Of a stretch of DNA of 64,000 nucleotides, positions 23,462 through 37,800 are shown piece by piece; the stretch's first letter is position 1, and each line of letters starts with the position of its first letter. Source of the stretch: the human T2T-CHM13v2.0 reference genome, Homo sapiens. The translations under genes were made by a program, and so were the position numbers. Location: the NCBI RefSeq assembly GCF_009914755.1, contig NC_060932.1. One strand, given 5' to 3'. The notes under the pieces are model-generated. The model worked only from the letters and a program-made list of their open reading frames with translations, had not been told where the DNA came from and did not search any database.

Positions 23462-26400
23462 AAAAGATATTATTTGAGGATTGCTTTTTATTAAAAGGAA
23501 AACCAAGAACTCTTCCCCTTCCTATCTGCCTAAGTAAGTTATTTCTAGCTTCTGTATCAGTTTCTCTTTCATAATGATGAAATGTAGGGGTTTATTTTTG
23601 AATGTTATTCCAAACTTGTATTTCTAGGATAAACTCCACCTGCTCATGTTATATTATTCATTCATATATTGCTATATTTCATTTATTTATATTTTTAACT
23701 ATTTTCTTGCTCTCTTCATAAGAGATAAGCCAACTATTTTTAAAAAATATTTTTGTATGGTTTTGGTAATAGGCTAATTCTGATCTCAAAATGTAATTGT
23801 GAATATTTTCTTTCATGCTCAAAATTTTAGAAGAGTTCATGTAAAATTCTTAAGATGCTGGCATGAATTTCACCAAGGAAGTTATCTGGGTCTTGAGTTT
23901 GCATTGTGGGAAGGTTTAAAACTACAAATTCCATTTTTCTAGTGGCTATATCTATTCAGATTTTCTATATCTTGATTAATTTGTTTTAACAACTTGAATC
24001 TCTTAAGGACTTTCCCCATTTCATGTAGATTTTAAATATTTGTTAGCATAAAGTGGTGCTGATCATAATCTCAAACACTTACCCAACGGTGTTGATATTC
24101 AATCACCAGTATTGTTTCTACCAAATTTGCGGTCTGTACATGAGGGTATGAGAAAATGCGTTTCACAAAACAACCTAGAAGCATGGCAGAGAAGGTAGGA
24201 AAGTTCAATAGGAAATGCTGACATCAATGCACATCAATTCACAGAAAAATTTCAGAAAGAACACAGCCACATAGAAAATGAATGTGAATGTATTTTCCAA
24301 AAGCTATGCCTTAAGAGAGAGGAAAAAAAGCAGGTATTCATCATTATGCAAGACTTCAAAATACAGTTAATAATCATAAAAGTCAGTCAGTTCTTAGGAA
24401 CTACTTATGTTCCTACCATAATCTGTGTCTGTAGCATACTTTTTCACATGTCCAGTTTTTCTATTTAATTTTTCCCCTCTGTTTTAAATGGTCAGTGTTA
24501 TTTTTTACAATTTGCTATGCTGTGTATTTCATTATTACACCATTTCCAACACTAAAGGTGTAAATTGTGTAAAGACTTTTAGAAAGTTTTTATATCTAAA
24601 ATCTATCTAATCCACAGAAACATAAAAACATTTTCTCCATATTCCACAGAAATATAAAGGTAAGATCATAAAACCTATATTAACAAGAAAAATGGGTTAA
24701 AGTAGCACCAGGTAAAGTTCTTAAAATTCTCTTTTCTAGTAAACCCCATAGATCAACTAGTTTTCTAGTTAATTAATTCTCCCTGCAGGGTAAAACACAT
24801 TCACATGTAGGCCTGCGCATGTACACATGTAGAAAACAAATGAAAAAAACAATCCATTATTTTTACTAAAAAAAGTGACTATATCGTTTTATGTTTCTGT
24901 TTTACTTTCATCTAGGAAATTAAAATAAGCTTCACAGAATTAGAGAATCAAAATAGTTTGTTGTAAATTAGGAGGAAACATTCATTTGATTGACCTAAAA
25001 TGTGCTCTCAGTAATTTTAGTCTTCAGATAAAGTACTTTTTCTCAGAGCATGCGGTTGAAGTCAGATTTCATTATTAGAAAAAGAGCATTTTAGAGCTAC
25101 AAAAGAACTTCAATGTCTAACAACCTTAATGGATTTAGAGCTAGTTTTAGAAAAAGGTATATTTAGGACACATATTGATTCCTAGTACTGATTAAGTTCG
25201 TGTTTCTTCAGAAGTACATATTGCCAGTTACCACTCTATTTTCCTATTACCTAAATGAGACCTTCTAACTGCTCTGAATCATAAGTCTTGGCAAGAAATA
25301 GATACTTGGTATTTTTTTTTAAAGTTATTTACTTTTAATAGAGTTAGTGTGATATCCTGAAAACCAATTGGATTTTTAGGACATAGACTCAGGAATCCTT
25401 GTTCTGCCACTTACTATCTGTGTGAATTTAAAAAGGAGAATTAGTTTACTTATCTATAAAATTACCACCCCATCCTCCATTTTAAAGATGAGCCCATAGG
25501 ATAGGCAAGCCCTGGATAAAGCATAGTTATGTTTTGCCATCTTTGGAAGGTTTAATAGAGATTGCTTAGCACTGTGTGTGAGACACAGTAAGCATTCAGC
25601 AAATGGAAGGTAATATTAGTAACTGTCAATAATAGAAATGCTTTTTCTCTTTGTTCAATCTCAGATGTAATGTCACAGCTCTGCTGATTTTCTACTGCAC
25701 CATTATCTCCCTGACCTAAACCGGTAGCCCAGGACACATGAGCACCTTTCTTTAAGTCCGCTTTTTGGGGCCTACCTTCTTCTGTGTCACATGTACTGAC
25801 ACAGTCCTTTACACATGTTCAACAAAGATTTCAACAAAGAGGGGTGCCCCAATGTCTAGGTAAAGAATTCCCAGAAGCTTTATTATGAGGTTGGATATTA
25901 AAGAGACAAACTTGGCTTTTTCTAAAACAAAATATAGCATTAAGTTACACAGTAGGTCAAACAAATTATCTTTGTTTCTTGCTTTTTCTTTTCTTGCTCT
26001 TCTATTTACGTGTGTATATGTGTTCGCACATGCACGTATCTGCATGTACATGTGCAGTGCTCTGTTACTTTTACTATTTGAGAAGCCTTCTATACATCTT
26101 CGTTCTTCTAATTTCCATTTCAGTTCTTCTTAAGAGCTCTTGTCAGCAAAATGTAATGCAGTAAACCTCTGGGGACAACAGCTACTTCAAGCCAGAAGTA
26201 TATCCTTAAGAAAACGATTCCTCCTTCTCTCCACCTGCCTTCTTGTAATATAATAGTGAGTTATAACTGCAGTTGTATAATTAGTAGAAAATCTATTTTA
26301 GAAGGAATATGATTTATTTATGCTCCATGTTTATTTCCTTGGAGTTTAATCTACTTAGCATTACTTTTTTTGGTGGGCCAAAACCTGGCCCAGAATCTGG

Positions 26401-26519
26401 TCACCCTAAATAAATACTATTGAATATTTTTATCTTGAGTGGTTCAAAAATCTCCCCAAATTTAAAATGCTTACAAAAAAATGGAAAATAACACTAACAT
26501 AAAAAAATATCGCTTAAGC

Positions 26520-26682
26520 CAGAGGTTGATATACATTTTCTGTAAAGGCCAGATAGTATGTACATATTTTAGATCTCACAGGCCATACGGTTTCTCTTGC
26601 AACAACGTTGCTATTGCATCATGAAAACAGCCACAGACAAGTAGACCTGGCTATGTTCCAATAAAACTTTATTTATAAAACT
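26520..26682 (+). mobile_element. MER58-like hAT DNA transposon
   Basis: ttttctgtaaaggccagatagta...ggctatgttccaataaaactttattta. Confidence 0.75.
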
Positions 26683-27324
26683 TGTTGTGTTCCATATATT
26701 GCAGTATACTTTCCCCTTAAGAAATACAATGGCTGTCATTTTATTTCTTAATTTTGGAGAAAATCATGCAGCAGTCTTCCAAATTACTGAGAAAATCTTC
26801 CAAAATGCCTTGAAAATCATCACATTTAATATCCTATATTAAATACAGTTTGAGTACCCTTTCTCCAGCAAAAGAAAACTCCAGGAATAAAATCTCTGAG
26901 CCTGAAGGATAAAAATAAAATATATCACTGTGAGAAAAAAACTAAATTAAGATCAAATCTGGCCCAATAAAAACCATTTGCTTCTTTCCCCATTCCAATC
27001 CATTATTCCAGATATCCTTATAATTCAAAAAAAAAAAAAAAAACAGGTTGAAAAATTTTATGTGTGTATTTAAAATCTTTAGCAGCTATTGCCATCAGGA
27101 TAAATTATCTTTTTACCCTAGCAAACTGACCTCTTCATGATCCATCTCCACCATCCCTGAGTAGCCTCATCTCATGCACTGCCTTTCCTCTTCCCCAAAC
27201 CCATTAACCGATTCCATTGCTAACCACATCTCCATTGAGCACCCAGTTTTAGGAATGTGTCAGAGTTTATATGTGCATTGGCTTCATCTATATTGTTTTC
27301 AAGCATTTTCGTTTCAATTCATAA

Positions 27325-27680
<356 letters not shown>

Positions 27681-28259
27681 ACATTTTTTTTTCTTTTAAT
27701 CTTCTTAGAAGAGTATTCAATTGCTACAAGCATGTATTACTTAGGCGAAGCAACAGAGAAAGTCCAGCAAGGAATATGGTGGAAGCCAAGGTTGGAGGGC
27801 CTTAAACCATAATAACAAACAAAATAGATCAAAAGAAACAAAAGAGAACAAAGAAAACAAAAGCCTACCTCCTGACTTCATAGGGAGAGAGTGAGAATAG
27901 CTTTTGCGTGAATTCTCCTTAACAATTAGGGATAAAGGAGCATGGTTTTTTAAGGAAGAAACTTTGATGAAAGAACATTCAAAAATTCTTAGATTTCTAT
28001 CTGAGGACAACCATTGGCATGAGCAGGCAGCAGGACCACCAACAAGGCACAGAACAAGGCAGAGGCTCCAAATATGCCCTTGACCTTTGCATCATTTGCG
28101 GTTAGAATTTGAAAATGGAAGAGACTGGTTTCCTTAATTTCAAAACTTGTGCAGGTGGTGGTTACCTTGAGAAGCAAAAACGTTTTTCTAAAGACTATCA
28201 TTGATAAAGGGTTTCTCTGTGATGCACAGAAGTGAGAGTTAGAATAGTGGAAACCCAGT

Positions 28260-28420
28260 AAATTAATTGTCTAAGAGACTTGGGCTAGGACAAAGCTCCC
28301 CCATTTGCTGGTTTTCCTAGAGCAGGTGAATTTTTCTCTTGAACCTCAGTTTTCTCATTAGTAACATGGCTAAAACAATAACTAACGTACATTGTTAAAA
28401 TGACTGAGACTGACAGAGTG
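28260..28420 (+). mobile_element. MIR fragment
   Basis: MIR core-like gaacctcagttttctcattagtaacatgg. Confidence 0.55.
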
Positions 28421-30004
28421 AATGCTCAAGATATCAGCTGTATTTCATCATTAGCTAGAGGGGTTAAATTCAAACCTGCCTCAAGTGCATGCTTTCCGAA
28501 CAAAGGAGGGCATTCTGGGTGCCAGAATACACTCCTTGACTTTCTCTTGCCAGGGGACAGTCTTAGCAGGAGGGAGCTTCTGGCACAAATTTGAGGGCCA
28601 CACTCAGCCTCTGACCCATGATTAATGGAGACCTGCCGGTACAGGCACACAGAGATCAAGCTGTGCCCAAAGGAACAACTGTGGGTGAAAGCGATCTTAC
28701 AGAGTTTGAATGAGCAGACTGTAGAGATGCTATCACATTCATTTTCTCTTTTCAAGACAACAAAACAAAACAGAACAAAACAATTATGGATATTCAGGTT
28801 GTTACAACTATCACTATGGCCTTGGCTCTGGTATTCGATGGCTCATGAGTAGCTCTTGATTCCAGATAACTCTGGAGCTTTTCAGCAGCCTTGGGCTAAC
28901 TGTAGAGACCCAGAGCAGTATATATTTTTAGGAAAATAGAGGTTGCAGTGGTAATGGTTTTTCAGTCACATCAAATCTATAATATTTATAATCTATTCTA
29001 TAAACTGAGTGTGGCAATAAAGTTATGATAAATCAATTAACTTCTTAAAGTACTAGTCGCTGAGTCCCAACAAGGTGCACGGTCTGGTGTTTTCAGACCC
29101 TGCAGAAGACAGGTGAATGTTAGGCACGGTTTCTGTCTTCAAAGAGCCTACACAAATTGTAGAAAATAATATGAGAATGTGACCTATGATTCCTGGCATT
29201 GCAAATGTTCAGAAGCAGGAATAGGCAGACGACTTGCAAATTAAGATTTATCACTTTATTAAGGTCTAAACAAACAAACTGAATACCTCACACCTCACTA
29301 CAACTAGTCCACAATAACGAGGAAAGAAAAGATCAAAGACTCACTCAAAGACACTCACACACCAACAGGGAGACTGTAGAGCAGAGAGAGGCAGAGTATT
29401 AGGAGACAGGGAGGGGTAACAGAGGTTTCCTGGAGAATGTGATATTACATGTGTGGGTTTGGGGAAAGTGATGCGCATGGGGCAGGGAGCCCCTCATGCC
29501 GCAGGATGATTTATCATATTGTCAAATTGGAGGAGAAAGGTGACATGGAATCAAAAATATGATTAAGCTGCAAAAGGCTTTACAGGTGCTCTCAGAGTTC
29601 TGTTCAGTCAACCTTGAAAACTATCTTTCAGCAAAATCTGTAGGAAGATGAAAGCAAAGACAGCTGCATGGGATAATTCACACAGGCATGCCAATAAAAG
29701 CAGCAGGAACACCAAGAACTGAGCAGGCCAACCAACCAAGTGATCGTTGGCCAAAAGTAACATCTCTACTCTTTCTCAGTTATTGATTTTAAAACATTTT
29801 CCAAACAGTGACTGGGCATGATAACCTATGCCTCCTAATACTTGAGCATTCATGAGAGTAGGAAATTCTCTTCAGAAAGCCAGAAGAATCTGGAGTCTTG
29901 GTTATTTGTTAATAACACTCAGTTCTTGGAAAGAAAATGTAAGCTATTGTAAGAAATGCAAGAAAATGTAATATAAGGACAAAATACTTAAAATGGTCAA
30001 TTCA

Positions 30005-32350
30005 CACTAAAAGTATTTATTGAGAGGCTACTATATGTGAGGAACTATTCTAGACCTTAAGGGTGTAGCACTGAACAACAGATGAAATTCTATGTTGCAT
30101 TCTAGTACAGAGGGATAGATGAAGAAATACACAAATGAAGTCTTCATTGAGCAGGTGCTAAGAACTGCTATGATAAGACACCAAGTGGGGAGGGGGATGC
30201 ATGTTTAGATGCATGTGTGTTAGGGGAGTGAAATCTAAAATAGAGTGGCAAGTGCTGATATTTTCTGAAAAGTGGGAAGGTCTTACTGCAAAGGTGACAT
30301 TTAAAGAAAGGACTAAAAGTGGTGAGGGATAGAGCCAGGAGGAAGGAGCCCTGGGATGACAACATGCTGGCATTTTACAGCAAGAACACAGCATGTTACA
30401 TACAGCAAGAAGGGCAGAGAAGGTGAGCAGGGGATGGGTAAGGGACAAGGCCCATGAACAACAAGGCCCCAGAGCAAGTGGGGACTTGGAGATCATTGCA
30501 AGGAATTTAGCTTCTACTCACCTACTCACAGTGGAGTGGGAGCTATTGGAGGATTTTCAACAAAGAATGACATAGTATTGTGTCCATTTTAAAAGGAATT
30601 ATGGGAGAGAAGCAAGGACAAAAGCGATGACACTGCCAATAAAGAGGGTGTTGAAGAAATCCCAGTGAGAGATGATTATGGATTAGCTGAGTGGTGGCAG
30701 TGCAGATGAGAAATGGTTAGATTCAGAGTGTATTCTGGAGGATGAGACAGCAGGATTTCCTGACAGATTACGTATGAGGTGTGAGAGGAAGCAAGGTGTC
30801 AGTGGTGCCTTCAGCATCTTTGGCTTGAGTGGCTTTATTGACAGCATTGCCATTTACCTGAGGTGAGAAAGACATATGGAGAAAGAACTTGGGGGATGAA
30901 GATCACGACATTGGTTTTTGTATATATTAAAGTTGAAATGCCTACTAGAGACCAAAATGAAGATGATAAATAGATAAATAAAGCCAAGGAAATATTTCTG
31001 GGTTCTATTAATTTGACAACCATACAGCTATAGTTTGAAAGACATGCAATTTACTGAGATTCTCCAAAAGAATAAGTGTAGACAGAAAGGAGAATAAGCA
31101 AAAGGAGTGAGCTTTGGGGCTCTTCCCATGTTTAAGTCTCTGGAGCATGGGGAGAAAGTGAGCAGCTAACGAGAAAGAAAACCTGAGCTGAAAGTCACAT
31201 AAAGAAAATGTGTCCAAACAGCGGATGGTCAATAACAAATCAAACATGAATTTGAGGTCAAATGAAGTCAGGACTGCTGAGAACAGACCACTGAATGTAA
31301 AATCTGGGGATTCTTGGCGACCTTGATGAGTAGTTTCAGCAGAGCAATGGGGGCAAAAACCTGTGGGGTAGCCTAAAAAGCGAATGATGAGAAGAACTAG
31401 TGACAATGATTACAGATAACTCTTGGAGGGGATTTTATTATAAAGAGATCAGAAAACTGTAGGTAGCTGGATGGAGATGTGAGATCAAGAGAGTTACTGT
31501 AAGTTTTTAAAGATGAAGGAAATTGCAACTTGTTTATATGCTCGTGGAAATGCTCCAGGGCAGAGATGGAAAAGGATGCAAGAGGGGGGTGAGTTGTGGC
31601 TGTCAATTGAGAAAAATGATGAGACAAGTCTCGATCATTTCAGGAGGTTTATTTGCCAAAGTTAAGGGCACACACCCATGACACAGCCTCAGGAGGTCCT
31701 GCAGACATGTGCCCAAGGTGGTTGGGGCACAGCTTGGTTTTACACATTTTAGGGAGACGTGAGACATCAACAAATATATGTAAGAAGTACATTGGTTCCA
31801 TCCAGAAAGGCGGGGACAACTCGAAGCAGGGAGGGGACTTCCAGATCACAGGTAAGTAAGAGGAAAATGTTTGCATTCTTTGCGTTTCTGATAAGCCTTT
31901 CCAAAGGAGGCAATCAGAATATGCATCTGTCTCAATGAGCAGAGGGATGACTTTGAATAGAATGGAAGGCAGGTTTGTCCTGAGCTGTTCCCAGTTTGAC
32001 TTTTCCCTTAGCTTCGTATTTTGGGGCCCCAAGATTTTCCTTTCATATCGCCATGATGTCCTTTTATAGGGAAGAAGAGTGAGAGTCTAGTGCAGAAGTG
32101 GATGTATCAGCCTTTGATAGAAGCATGGCCCATTCATTCTCAGTAACTGTAAGACAGAGGATCTGAGCACAGACAGGTGGGTAGATGTGGTAGTGGGGGT
32201 TGGTAGAAATGATTTTCTGATTGTCTCTTTTTTTCAGTAAATTAGAAGCAAAGTCACTAGCTATTAGAGATGAAGGAAGAGCCATTGGAGGATTGAGGAG
32301 TGAGGCAAAGCTGTGACTCAGTTTTGGAAGAAGATGAAACTTATGAATAG
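30005..32350 (-). mobile_element. LINE-2 remnant, interrupted by an LTR at 31601-32047
   Basis: Starts aagtatttattgagaggctactatatgtg. Purine-rich L2 antisense text such as aggatttcctgacagatta and tgccatttacctgaggtg. Confidence 0.7.
31601..32047 (-). mobile_element. ERV1 solo LTR (MER4A-like)
   Basis: tgtcaa...gacacagcctcaggaggtcctg...ttttcctttcata. 4-bp flanks tggc/tcgc. Confidence 0.85.
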
Positions 32351-32584
32351 AAGCATGAATGCCATCACCTTGGGCCTAGTTTATTCAACAGGGAAAAAAA
32401 ATCTAATTATACTGACTTTTATACCCCGTCACCACTTGGCTTTAAGCCTGTGTTATTTAAACCATTTTGACCTTACTGAACTTAGTGAAAATTCTTAAAG
32501 CTGTTATGAAACAGTCAGATTGAAAGTAAGAAAAACATCAACCCTTTCACAAAATTGAGAGTTATGCGTGTGTTATGCACTATT

Positions 32585-32666
32585 CATTAATGATCTTGTT
32601 TAATGTACACAGTGATCCTGTATAGAATGCTAGGATCAGTGTGTACATTAAACAAGATCATTAATG
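32585..32666. repeat. Near-perfect inverted repeat (35-bp arms, 1 mismatch, 12-nt loop)
   Basis: cattaatgatcttgtttaatgtacacagtgatcct / aggatcagtgtgtacattaaacaagatcattaatg. Confidence 0.95.
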
Positions 32667-35389
32667 GAAATACCAAGGAGTTTGTTCAATGTCACTAGCT
32701 AAATAATATGATTACCATAATTAAGAGGTGAAATTGTTATACACTCTGTTTACCCTGGGCCTGCCACTCCCTAGGAATAACGTTGACCCTTTGGGCAGCA
32801 GACTGAGTTAAATTTTTTGACTCTTGTTGCATTTATTATTTGACATTTACTATATATAAATTGATAAATTTGTGGTTGGAAATGGAAAATAAGATAGTGA
32901 TAAAATGACCCCAATTTTTTATTATTATGATAAGTTAAAATCTATACTTACAATGAAGAAGGTCTAAGAGAAGAAAAAGATCAGTAAAGAGATGGAAACA
33001 TTTGAACAATATAGTGATAGAAACATAGCATTTTGTTGTTAAAACAATCTAGGGGATCAAACATAACTATTCCAATTTATAAATAAGGTGCAGGAGCCCC
33101 CAGAAATAAGTGACTTGCTGAAGTTCACTGAATTAGAGAAGAATACAGGGCTTCTGATTTAGAATTTGGTATTCTTTTCAGAATACTTAAGCATGATTAC
33201 CGAGCTGAAAAGAGCTTCTGAATCTATGAAGAAAATTACAAATTCTCCTGGAATAATGTGTCTTTGGAGTACTTTATGAGGATATTTATTGTAAAGTCAG
33301 ATAGAAAATGCTGATTTTTATTCCAGTAATTCTATATGAACCTTTTTTTGCCATTACAATTATAATTTAAATAAGATACTTTTATTCATTCTCTTCAGTC
33401 TCTCCACTCACTTGAATGTATTGCAGCTTTTCTTCATGTTTCTTTTTACAAAGGTGGCACAAGGGTAAGCATTTTGGGTCCACAAAGTGGGCAACTTTTC
33501 ATTTCCAGCTCAGAATATATTCTTTATCAACTGCATTCTTCCCAGGCCTCCATTATTGTTCACTCTTTTAAGTCCTTAAGAAGGTTGATGAGATTGCTCT
33601 CCAAGTTGCTAGCTGGGAGTGGGAGTGGGAATGAGGGAACTAGAGAGAGGAGACTTAGGAGGGCAAGCCTGAAGGAATATCTGGGTTGTGAGAGCAATCA
33701 AAAGGAGAAAAAGGCCAGCTGTGTGCAAAGCTGTGAGGCCTCCAAGACAAGTACTCCTGGTTGACTGTTTTGTAAAGAGCTGATGCCAGTGGCAATAAGA
33801 AATGAATGCAAGAATCTACGACCTCAATACTCAAGGAAACCTAGATGGGACTCTATCGGAGCACCTGCTATGAGAGATTGCTTTGCTAATTTGCAGCAGA
33901 GAAATAAAAAGAGGACAGCGCATTCTCATACTTGTTTAATCTTCTCTAAAATCTGCTTTTGTTTGGCATTTGGACTCCACAGAGTTCCTTTGATATTGAA
34001 ATGCTTCAGGGTTCATTGTTTTTGTAAAAAAGCTTTGTATACTTCAATAATATCATTAATTTAAATATGGAAAGCTGTGACCTGAGATGAGAATCCATTA
34101 TGGGCTAGTAATAAAATCTTCATTTTTTCCCCTATCCCGTACTAATGATCTGGTAGAGTTTAGAATTGAGGGATCATATTCCTCAAATTGAAAAAATATA
34201 TCATAGAGTGATCGTGAGAAGGAATAAAGCTTCTCCTCTCCCACATAAAAAAAGAGAGGCCTCAGTGTATAATAAAAATAACAAAGAGCTAGGCAGAAAT
34301 TTTCTTTTCATCTCTGCTTTCCACTTATTATGTTGTTTGAATAAATTACAAAAACTTTTCTGTGAATTTCCCTAACGTTCTTGGTTGTTTCACCTGGGGT
34401 AACCATACATAATGCCATATGTAATATTTCAGATTCACTAGAAAGTTGGCTTGACCGTAAGTTGCTGAAAGACATCAGACAAATGCCTTAAAGTCTTATC
34501 TTTTAATATGACACTATAAATAACTCAGATTCCATGATTAGTATTTTAAAAATTGGTTTATTTCATTTTCCACAATCTTGACTGTAATAGAGGCAAGTTC
34601 AACATATTTCCCATCACCCAACATAAAATGTTCTTTTCAATTGTCACTGTGAATAAAGCTGACAATTTCCACTTGATGCGTGAATGTTTGGTGAAGGGTC
34701 AGATACACTCAGTAGGCCCATTGGACTTCAACTATCTCTTCTATTGACCCGAAACAGTAGTAGAAATTCTACCAGTAAAGATGATAATTTGGGTTAAAGC
34801 TGTTTCAAGGACAGGTTCAAAATTTCTGGAAAGAAAATATGTAAGGATCTAATCTGAAAATATTTTGCAAATTAATTTAGTAATTCATTTAACAAATTTA
34901 TATTGAATGCAATGTCTATATGCAAGACCTTGTTAGGTTTGTGGTACTAGAGCAAGCAAAGCAACTGCACTTTTTACTTTATGGAGCTTTGGTTTTCTGG
35001 AGGAGACAAATATTCAGATATTTAGAGTAATAAGTGTAGGACACACCAACATAAATTTTCAGAAGTAAAAGAATCTTGTTTCACAAAGAAATGTGGCCTA
35101 GACTTAGGCATTAGGGAAGACTTTTTTGACATAGTGACCCTTGAACTGAGAACTGTAAATGGAGAAATTAATTTGACCACAAGGAGGAGAGGACAGGACT
35201 ACAGGTTAAGAGGAAAGTATGTCTAGAGGTCCTTTAATGGGAGAAAGCATTGCATATTAGAGTAAAGGGGGAACGCCAGAAAACTTGGAGCTCAGAGAGC
35301 AGAAGAGAGAAAAAATAGTAGCAGATACAATTAGATCAATAAAAGTAATTATACCAAAAATCGACATTTATATAGCTCTTAGAAAATCA

Positions 35390-35630
35390 ACACTTATCTA
35401 TCTATTGACATATGGGAGGCATTGCTTTTCAGTGATTTACATAAATCACTTCATTGAATCCTCACAACAATTGCTGCAAGTTAGATAACGTTGCTATTCT
35501 CATTTTGGGAAATGAAAAAACTGAAGCACAGAGAGATCAGATATCGTCCAAGGTTTACAGGTAGGAAGTGTAAGTGTAAGTGCTGGGAATTGAACCCAGA
35601 TGGTGTGGTTCTTAGTGCGTACTTTTATTT
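35390..35630 (-). mobile_element. MIR
   Basis: tgaatcctcacaacaa...cattttgggaaatgaaaaaactgaagcacagagag...gggaattgaacccag. Confidence 0.7.
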
Positions 35631-35682
35631 ACTGTACTCTACAACCTCCTCATCATTAGAAGCTAAAATAATCATAGTTTAC

Positions 35683-35784
35683 GCTCTTTTTTTTGAAGCA
35701 GAGGTTTAATCGGCAAGAGAAAGAAAAAGGAATACAGCTCTCTCTCTCTAGTGAGAGAGAGGGGACTTCCAAGAGGAAAAGGCC
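35683..35784 (-). mobile_element. ~100-bp retroposed ERV1 LTR R-region fragment (MER61/MER50 group) with oligo-A tail and TSD
   Basis: 10-bp TSD catagtttac (35673-82 and 35785-94), T8 at 35687-94, ATTAAA on the minus strand at 35705-10. Resembles 21453-21510. Confidence 0.75.
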
Positions 35785-35849
35785 CATAGTTTACTTTTAT
35801 TGAGTGTTTGCTATGTACCAGATATCTTTCGAAGTTTGCAAATGTATTA

Positions 35850-37395
35850 CATTACACATTCAATAAAAATCTATTGCCAATCTACTGTTCTAGGCAATAA
35901 AGATACGGTGGTAAACAAAGCAGACACAATTTTTATCCTCACAGAGCTACATTTTAAGGAGAGGAGTCAGCCTATGAAAAATAAGTAAACAAACAAGTAA
36001 ATGTATAGCATTTTAGATGGTGACTAATACAAGGCACAAAAGGGCTTAGAGGTGCCAGGGTGGGAGTGGGCAGGTCTATTTTGCATAGGGTGCTTACAGA
36101 AGATTCACAGAATGATGTATTTTAATAGACACCTGAAAGGAGAGAAAAACATCGACGTGTGACTGAGAGGGTTACATTCCAGGAAGAAGGAACACCGAGC
36201 AAAGACCCTTGAAGCAGAATGTGCTTGTCATGCTCAATAGATGCCAAGGACACTAGGCAATATGCTCAGTGTAGGGAGGGGGGAGAGTAGTAAGATATGA
36301 AGCCAGACAACATCAGGCTAGATCATGTAGATCCTGGAGGCTCTCAGAACTTTGCCTAATACTCTGAAAATGGAAGTTATTGAAAAATTTGGACAGAAGG
36401 AATCACATAAAGTGATGCATGTTAATAAGAGCATTCTAGGTGATGGGTGGATAATACATTGTGAGGGACCAAGAGAAAAACAGTAAGACTAATTAAGAGT
36501 TTAGCTTCAATAAACTAAGCTAGAGATGATAATGTCTAAATTTTCTAAGAATCAGCAAAATAGCAGTAAATGTGGTGAGATACGGTCAGAGCCTTGATGC
36601 CTTTTCAGGATAGTGACAACTGGATTTGCTAAAGAATGGGATGCAAAGTGTGAAGAAAAGAGACGAATCAAGGATGACTCCTGGGCAACTGAAAGAATGG
36701 AGTTGCAATATCTTAAGATAGGAAAGACTACGGAAACACCAGGTTTGGAGGGGGAGAGCAAGAATCTGGCTTTGTACTTGTGCTTGAGAAATCCATTAGT
36801 CTTTCAAGTGAAGATGTTGAAAAGAGAGTTGCTTCTATGAGTCTGAAATTCAGAAAAGATCAGGTTAGATAAATAAATTTGGCAGCCATCATATTATAGA
36901 TAATATTGAAGATCAAAAGATTGAATGGGAACCACCTCATGAGTATACAGAGAAGAGGAAAGTCTCAAGAATGAAGCCATGGGAATCTATAGCGTTTACA
37001 CACTGGGGAGAGAAAGAGGACCAACAAAGGAGACTAAGAAGATGCAGTGAATAAGCATGGAGGAAATCCATGATGCACCAGGGACTCAATTCCTTTCAAA
37101 AAATGAAAATAATCCACTGTGTCCAATGCTGCTAAAGGATCAAGTGAGTGTGGACTGAAAACTGACCACTGAATTAAGCAAGGTACAGATCATTTGAACG
37201 TCGCCTTGTTGAGCAAAGGGTAAAAAGTCTAACAGGACTAATCTCAAGAACAAATAAGGAGAAAGGAACTGGAAACAAACTGTAGACTTTTTATTTTTTT
37301 AGAAATTTTACTGTTAGAATCCAAGAATGGGTGGTAGCTGTTTGAAAGGAGAATGATGTAAAAGAAGAAATATTTTTCAAAGGATAGAAAAAATG

Positions 37396-37468
<73 letters not shown>

Positions 37469-37800
37469 GTAGAGATGGGGAAGAATTGCTGGAGTGATGA
37501 CATTGAGGGGACAGGAAGGAATAAAATCCTGCATATTAATTGGGGAATAGACACTAGAAGCATGAACAGTGCATGCATAAAAACAGGAAAGAATGAGTCT
37601 ATATGGGCACACATTGTAAGGTAGATGTGATAATGAGAGAAAGTGAGAGTTCCTATGATGGTTTATTTTTTTGCCAGTGAAATAGAAAAGCAAGATGGTC
37701 AGATGAGAGTGATGAAGAGGAGATTTCGAGATTTAGGGAAAGAAGAAAGGGTATATAATAATTAAGAGAAGTGGGGAGTGAATTAACTAGGGAATAAAAG
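35850..37800 (-). mobile_element. LINE-2 remnant
   Basis: tactgttctaggcaataaagatac...aatcaaggatgactcctggg...actgtgtccaatgctgct...gactgaaaactgaccactg. Confidence 0.7.
37398..37463. repeat. Compound microsatellite (TA)n(GA)n
   Basis: About 15 TA units followed directly by about 18 GA units. Confidence 0.95.

Larger units (their letters stand above)
21360..23559 (-). mobile_element. ERV1 solo LTR (MER50-like), interrupted by an Alu and an L1PA
   Basis: Starts tgaagcggcattgctgtctggggtaaatacc and ends ctagcttctgtatca. LTR pieces 21360-21716, 22018-22208 and 23462-23559. Flanks attt/gttt. Confidence 0.8.
18935..24055 (-). mobile_element. Old L1M element split by MLT1, MER20, MER50, Alu and L1PA insertions
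   Basis: Antisense L1M text at 18935-19213, 19723-20978, 21209-21359 and 23560-24055 reads continuously across the inserts. Confidence 0.7.

Noticed and set aside
24060-26420. Possible DNA-transposon remnants or lncRNA exons
   Set aside because: Only a short hAT-like end (ctggtcacccta ~26400) and isolated splice-like motifs. Boundaries and family cannot be supported.
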